Assembly: GCA_028877215.1 (NCBI GenBank) | Contig: JAPPFJ010000003.1 | Span: 68,879-132,878 of the forward strand | Length of the DNA stretch: 64,000 nt | Direction of reading: 5' to 3' | DNA from: Gemmatimonadota bacterium | Lineage (GTDB): Bacteria; Latescibacterota; UBA2968; GCA-2709665 | Shown: in pieces, positions 59,660 to 64,000 of the stretch | Layout of the letters: the number at the start of each line of letters is the position of its first letter | Numbering within the stretch: position 1 is the first letter of the stretch | Made by a program: the position numbers and the translations under genes | The notes under the pieces: generated by a model | Told to the model about the DNA's origin: nothing | Database searches by the model: none | What the model saw: the letters and a program-made list of their open reading frames with translations, nothing else

Positions 59660-59986
59660 ATGAAATCGGAAAATGTCAAGATCGAACGCGACAGCGGAAA
59701 CGTGTTCGCCGATCTGGGACTTCCGGATGCCGACGCGCACCTGCTAAAAGCCGAACTGGTTGCGCGGATCGACAGGATCATTCGCAAGCGCGGCCTCAAG
59801 CAGGTGGAGGCGGCCGGTCTGCTCGGTCTTTCTCAGCCCGATGTGTCGCGGCTTCTGCGAGGCGACTTCACGGAATACTCAATGGAGCGGTTGCTGCGCC
59901 TTCTGACGAAGCTGGGACGTGACGTTGATATCGTCATTCGTGAAAACCTCTTGGCGCGGCAAGGCCGACTCCAGGTTGGAGCGTAA
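59660..59986 (+). CDS. XRE-family HTH antitoxin (HigA2-like), orphan
   Basis: SGNVFADLGLPDA...KAEL...Q..AA.LLG.SQP.VS.L.RG...S.ERL. Confidence 0.88.
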   Translation: MKSENVKIERDSGNVFADLGLPDADAHLLKAELVARIDRIIRKRGLKQVEAAGLLGLSQPDVSRLLRGDFTEYSMERLLRLLTKLGRDVDIVIRENLLARQGRLQVGA

Positions 59987-60074
59987 GACAGAGAGGGATA
60001 ACTTGCCGTCGCAGATCAGGCCTGTCCAGAATCGTCTTTTCCAAACGCTATTACGACTTGATCCACCTGTGACC

Positions 60075-60150
60075 GGAGCGAGGGCATCCTGCCCTCGAAC
60101 TTCGCGTCACCGACCCCTATTCGACGTCGAGAGCAGGATGCCCTCTCTCC
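60075..60150. repeat. REP-like 23-bp inverted repeat pair
   Basis: GGAGCGAGGGCATCCTGCCCTCG (60075-60097) versus the reverse complement of 60128-60150: 21/23 match. Confidence 0.65.
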
Positions 60151-60294
60151 CGGGATCGCCAACCACATCGGTCCCAAACCTGTTCCCGTCCTGGACAGCC
60201 GTGGTCGCAGATAATCCGCCGAATTCCATATTAATGATGTAGATTGCGTGTCGGATCTATCAATGGACGATATTGCGACAAAATGGGGACGCCG

Positions 60295-60570
60295 ATGAAA
60301 CTATCCAACCAGATCAAGTCGATCAGCTATCTCAAAGCCCATGTGTCGGAGATCGTGCGCACGCTCAGTGAGCAGGGCGGGCGCATGGTCATCACCCGGA
60401 ACGGCGAAGCCAGGGCGGTGCTGCAGGACTTCGACAGTTTCAATAAAACGCAGGAGACGATGGCACTGCTCAAGGTGCTCGCACTGGGCAACCGCCAGAT
60501 CGAGGCCGGTCAGGTCGAATCAGCGGCGGACGCGATCAAACGGCTCCGCGAGCGGACAAAGGATCGCTGA
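60295..60570 (+). CDS. Phd/YefM family antitoxin
   Basis: IKSISYLKAH..EI....VITRNGEA.AVLQD...QET.ALLK. Confidence 0.9.
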   Translation: MKLSNQIKSISYLKAHVSEIVRTLSEQGGRMVITRNGEARAVLQDFDSFNKTQETMALLKVLALGNRQIEAGQVESAADAIKRLRERTKDR

Positions 60571-60611
60571 TGGCCTTTCACGTTCAGTAGACCGGTGACG
60601 CAGCCCGTGAT
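60570..60611 (+). pseudogene. Remnant of a ParE/RelE toxin
   Basis: TGATG coupling to the antitoxin; reads MAFHVQ*TGDAARD (typical ParE start, with TAG where Leu is usual); similarity ends after about 14 codons. Confidence 0.65.
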
Positions 60612-60752
60612 GTGTCAATCAAACAACAAGATTATACTCCAATCTGTGCGTAAACGATTGACAATATAACAGATACGACAAAACCCCGCCGGCAGATTGC
60701 CCGCGGGGTCTTTCCATTGGACGAGTGGTGGGTAAGCCGATGGAGATCGGAA

Positions 60753-61454
60753 CTATTCGCGCGGTCGAATCTCCACGTACCGTTCCAGGCGCGCGACCTC
60801 GCGATCGTCAATGTACTTGCCGATTTCACGCCGGAACTGCTCGATGTTCGAATAGGGACGGTACTCCTCGAACTCGTGCGCCATGCGCTTCCCCACGCCG
60901 GGGATGGCGAGGATTTCCGCTTCGGTGGCCGTGTTCAGGTCGATGGGCACGAAAACGTATCGACCCATGCGATCCACCTCGGCGTCGTCAAGATACTTAC
61001 CCATCTCGCGCTTCCACTGGGCGATGGCCGTATATGGACGGTATTCCTCAAACTCGTGGGCGATCCGTTCTCCCACGCCCGGAACCAGGAGCATCTCCGT
61101 GTTGCCGGCACTGTTCAGGTTGATCGGAACGAACATCCGCACGTAGAGTTTCTCCGCTTCCTCCTGGCCCAGGTGCTGTGTGACCAACGCGTGCAGCGTT
61201 TCCATATCAAGGAACGGGCGCTGCTGCTGAATCGCGTCGGCAAGTTCCTGGCTCATCCCCGGGAGTGCGTCGAGTTCATCCACTAAAGCGAGATTTGGGT
61301 TGACGACCGCGGTGCTGCTCGCGCCTTGCGCTGGAGCACCTTCGGGTTTGGGCGGTTCATTCACTTCTGGGTCGGCGCATGTCCACAGTAGCGCGAGACC
61401 CAGGAAGCACACAGCCAGGCGGGTTAACGCTCGTATTTCCAAGAAGTTTTCCAT
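60753..61454 (-). CDS. ComEA-like lipoprotein with three helix-hairpin-helix modules
   Basis: Lipobox-like LWTC; (V/I)N(P/L)N.A...L..PG(V/M) three times; duplicated AHEFEEYRPY...REMGKY/REIGKY. Confidence 0.8.
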   Translation of the reverse strand: MENFLEIRALTRLAVCFLGLALLWTCADPEVNEPPKPEGAPAQGASSTAVVNPNLALVDELDALPGMSQELADAIQQQRPFLDMETLHALVTQHLGQEEAEKLYVRMFVPINLNSAGNTEMLLVPGVGERIAHEFEEYRPYTAIAQWKREMGKYLDDAEVDRMGRYVFVPIDLNTATEAEILAIPGVGKRMAHEFEEYRPYSNIEQFRREIGKYIDDREVARLERYVEIRPRE

Positions 61455-61482
61455 ATTCTCCTATGTCGTTTCGAATTCAACC

Positions 61483-61947
61483 TCATAGCGCGTTGAATCC
61501 GTGCCAGCCGGGCAGGGCGGCAGCCTGTCGGACCCACGCTGTCATCAGCGCCTCGTCAAGCTCGCCTTCGTAGACGTCCACCCAGCGCGAGTCCCTGTCC
61601 TTGCCCGAGCCGGGAGGGACGGGTCGCAGCGACGCGCCGTTGAGGAAAGTCACCTTGACGTAGCGGGAGAAGACGTGGTAGCTCGCGAACCAGCCCCGGC
61701 CCTCGACGCCATACCATGGCGAGTTCCACCTCACGGCCTTGCGCACGTCTGGTACCGTGCGAACGATGAGGTCGTCGAGGCGTCGCCCGACGTCGCTCTT
61801 CCAGCCCGGCATGGCCGCGATGTACGCCTGCACGGGGGCGTCGCCGTCGGCCTTCGCGATCTGAGGGTTGCCGCCCGAGAGCAGTACCGGCTTTGTACCG
61901 GTCTTCCCTGTAGTCTTGGGCACCTTCCCGGACGTCCCGGCATCCAT
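61483..61947 (-). CDS. DUF1801 domain protein
   Basis: LLSGGNPQIAKADGDAPVQAYIAAMPGWK...KAVRWNSP.YG. Confidence 0.88.
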   Translation of the reverse strand: MDAGTSGKVPKTTGKTGTKPVLLSGGNPQIAKADGDAPVQAYIAAMPGWKSDVGRRLDDLIVRTVPDVRKAVRWNSPWYGVEGRGWFASYHVFSRYVKVTFLNGASLRPVPPGSGKDRDSRWVDVYEGELDEALMTAWVRQAAALPGWHGFNAL

Positions 61948-62113
61948 GGCGTTCCTTCCAATCCGCGGTTCCGGGCCGATTGGGAATTTCCGGTTACGGC
62001 TACGTCCTTGCGGGTTTTCGGTCCCGGCCTTCGTTTCGCTTCTGATACGACAAGGCCCCGGAGGATGCGTCCTTCGGGGCGTCATTCAGTCGTATGCGAT
62101 GACGGTCGAAAAA

Positions 62114-62189
62114 TGGCTCCGGCGGTAGGACTCGAACCTACGACCTAGTGGTTAACAGCCACCCGCTCTGCCAGCTGAGCTACGCCGGA
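62114..62189 (-). tRNA. tRNA-Asn: tRNA-Asn (GTT)
   Basis: TCCGGCG acceptor stem, TAGCTCAG D-arm, anticodon loop CTGTTAA, GGTTCGAGTCC T-arm, encoded CCA; 76 nt. Confidence 0.97.
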
Positions 62190-62213
62190 ACCCTGGCATT
62201 CTGAAGCGGGATG

Positions 62214-62242
62214 AAATTACCACAAGGCGCCTTTGGTGTCAA
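62214..62242 (-). promoter_or_regulatory. tRNA-Asn promoter
   Basis: TTGACA-17 nt-TAATTT on the minus strand. Confidence 0.65.
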
Positions 62243-62419
62243 GCACAAAATCAGTTTCTGCGGCCTCCGCCGACACGGCAAATAGGGCGATTCTCGCGTA
62301 CAATCGCAGGGTGTGCGGTTGGGGTCTGTGTACCGGGATTCGGCCTTGACATGACGCCTTGCGCCGTCTAATTTGGTGCCCTGTCCTGATCCAGGCGAAC
62401 CTTATTGACCGGAGCTGGA

Positions 62420-63730
62420 ATGGACCCGATTACACAGCGGATTCTGAAGCGACTGCGGCAGCCTGGAAGTATCGCTGAAGCGGCGTTGCCTGATGAGTTC
62501 GTGTGGCCCGCGTACGACGGGTACAGCCTGGCGAACGTGGCGCCCACCGTATTGCGGCATTTCGGTGTCGGCGGGATTCGGTCGCCGGGGCTGGCGGAAG
62601 AGGTCGTGGGCGGCGAGCTCGTCGGCGCGGAGAAGCTGGTCGTCGCGCTGGTGGACGCGTTGGGCTACCTGACGTTGACGCGAGCGATGGACGCCGGTAC
62701 GGTACCCGGGTTCCATGCGCTGGCTGAGCGGGGGCGGTTCGTGCCGCTCACGTCGGTATTCCCGTCGACCACCGCGGCGGCGCTTTCGTCGTTTCATACG
62801 GGGCTGCCGCCGGCGGGACACGGCGTCGCCGGCTACCGGATGTACATGCCGGACCGTGGATACGTGGCGAATATGATCCGGTTGAGCCCCGAGGCGGACG
62901 AACGGTTCGGGCGCATGCTGCTCAACAGCGGCGACGCCAGGGCGCTGCTGGGCGTGCCCACGGTACACAGCCTGTTGACCGCGGCGGGGGTTTCGTCCTA
63001 TTGCATGATTCACCGGTCGCTGGCGCACAGCGGCCTGTCCGAGATGTTGTACGACGGCGCCACGGACGTTGTCTCGTTCGTGAACGCGTCCGACATGTTC
63101 AGCCAGGTTCGGAGCATGCTGACCGCGGACCCGGGTCGACCGGCGTGCATCTGGCTGTATACGGACACCCTGGACACGATCCAGCACAAATACGGCACCA
63201 GGGGCGAAGAACCCGAGGGTGAAATCTACAGCCTGGGCTACTCGCTTGAAAGGGAACTGCTTTCGTCTTTCGAGGGACGCGACGTGAACGCCGCGTTCAT
63301 GCTTCTGGCGGACCACGGGCATATTCAGGTGGACGAGGAAGACATCGTACAGGTTGCGGAGGTACCTGGCTTGAAGCGCCTGCTCGCGGCTCCTCCGACG
63401 GGCACGGCGCGGTCGGCGTATTTTCACGTGCGTGACGGCGCTGTGAGGGACGTCATGTTCGCACTTGATGCCGCGCTGGGCGGATCCGCGTGCATTGTGG
63501 AGACCCGGCGCGCGCTGGCCGGCGGCCTGTGGGGAAACGGGCCGCGCGCGCCGGAATTGTCAGGCAGGATCGGCGACGTGCTTGCCCTGATGCGCGGCAG
63601 CGCCACGTTGTTCCACGGATACAGGGACGACGCCGTTCCGTCCGATATCGCGGGCGGCCGGCACGGAGGGCTGCACGAGCGGGAGATGCTGATTCCCTTC
63701 TTCATCGCAAGGTTAGGCGTTCGCGGTTGA
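62420..63730 (+). CDS. Alkaline phosphatase superfamily protein (type I phosphodiesterase/nucleotide pyrophosphatase)
   Basis: LVDALG, SVFPSTTAAAL...TG.PP..HG, D...H.YG, ADHGH, HGGL...EM.IP. Confidence 0.88.
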   Translation: MDPITQRILKRLRQPGSIAEAALPDEFVWPAYDGYSLANVAPTVLRHFGVGGIRSPGLAEEVVGGELVGAEKLVVALVDALGYLTLTRAMDAGTVPGFHALAERGRFVPLTSVFPSTTAAALSSFHTGLPPAGHGVAGYRMYMPDRGYVANMIRLSPEADERFGRMLLNSGDARALLGVPTVHSLLTAAGVSSYCMIHRSLAHSGLSEMLYDGATDVVSFVNASDMFSQVRSMLTADPGRPACIWLYTDTLDTIQHKYGTRGEEPEGEIYSLGYSLERELLSSFEGRDVNAAFMLLADHGHIQVDEEDIVQVAEVPGLKRLLAAPPTGTARSAYFHVRDGAVRDVMFALDAALGGSACIVETRRALAGGLWGNGPRAPELSGRIGDVLALMRGSATLFHGYRDDAVPSDIAGGRHGGLHEREMLIPFFIARLGVRG

Positions 63731-63885
63731 CCCATTCGCCTTCTCGAATCCGGATGGCCGCCGGCCTGAAGACACCGCGCACGAACCAACCCCGATTCAG
63801 CGGGAAAAGGGTTGACGTCGAGACCTGAAACCGGTATTTTTGTCGGGCTTTTCAGTAGATATTCGATAGACGATTTTCCGCCCGG

Positions 63886-64000
63886 ATGGTGCGTGAATTG
63901 ACCGACGCGGACGAAGCCGGAATGGAACTCGCGCTTGCCGAGGCGCGCGCCGCAGGCGGTGCAGGCGAGGTACCGGTCGGCGCAGTGATTCTGCTGAACG
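63886..64000 (+). CDS. tadA: tRNA adenosine(34) deaminase, 5' part (runs off the window)
   Basis: Manual translation MVRELTDADEAGMELALAEARAAGGAGEVPVGAVILLN. Confidence 0.85.
   Translation, partial: MVRELTDADEAGMELALAEARAAGGAGEVPVGAVILLN

Noticed and set aside
62114-62189. tRNA-Asn as attachment site of an integrated element
   Set aside because: I found no duplicate of its 3' end in the window and no integrase; this was a by-eye search only.

Overview
GC-rich bacterial chromosomal window with no rRNA, CRISPR array, integrase or transposase that I can recognise. Housekeeping anchors are an imuA-imuB-dnaE2 mutagenesis cassette with a SRAP/YedK gene, recG, pfkB-hflK-hflC-peptidase-coaE, tRNA-Asn(GTT) and the 5' end of tadA. 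Between them lies accessory cargo: three ankyrin-repeat proteins, Sel1, TPR and CAP-domain proteins, a heparinase II/III-like lyase, a phytanoyl-CoA dioxygenase, an M16 peptidase pair and many toxin-antitoxin modules, several with broken or missing toxins. The strongest candidate for an undescribed system is a compositionally foreign, tightly coupled six-gene operon at 9680-16454 (minus strand). It encodes a GNAT-ABC-ATPase fusion (COG2401-like), a HerA-like ATPase, a winged-helix-like unknown, a HARE-HTH protein, a stand-alone PLD nuclease and a second P-loop ATPase, next to a Fic gene and an XRE regulator. I infer a possible DNA-acylation/restriction-type defence system. A second hotspot after coaE (about 46.7-52.1 kb) holds a Fic gene flanked by twin 31-bp hairpins and carrying three 30-bp-phased operators, HicAB, a HigA-SIR2 fusion, and a RelE-like toxin with an unrecognised partner. 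All family calls come from reading motifs by eye; no database search was run.
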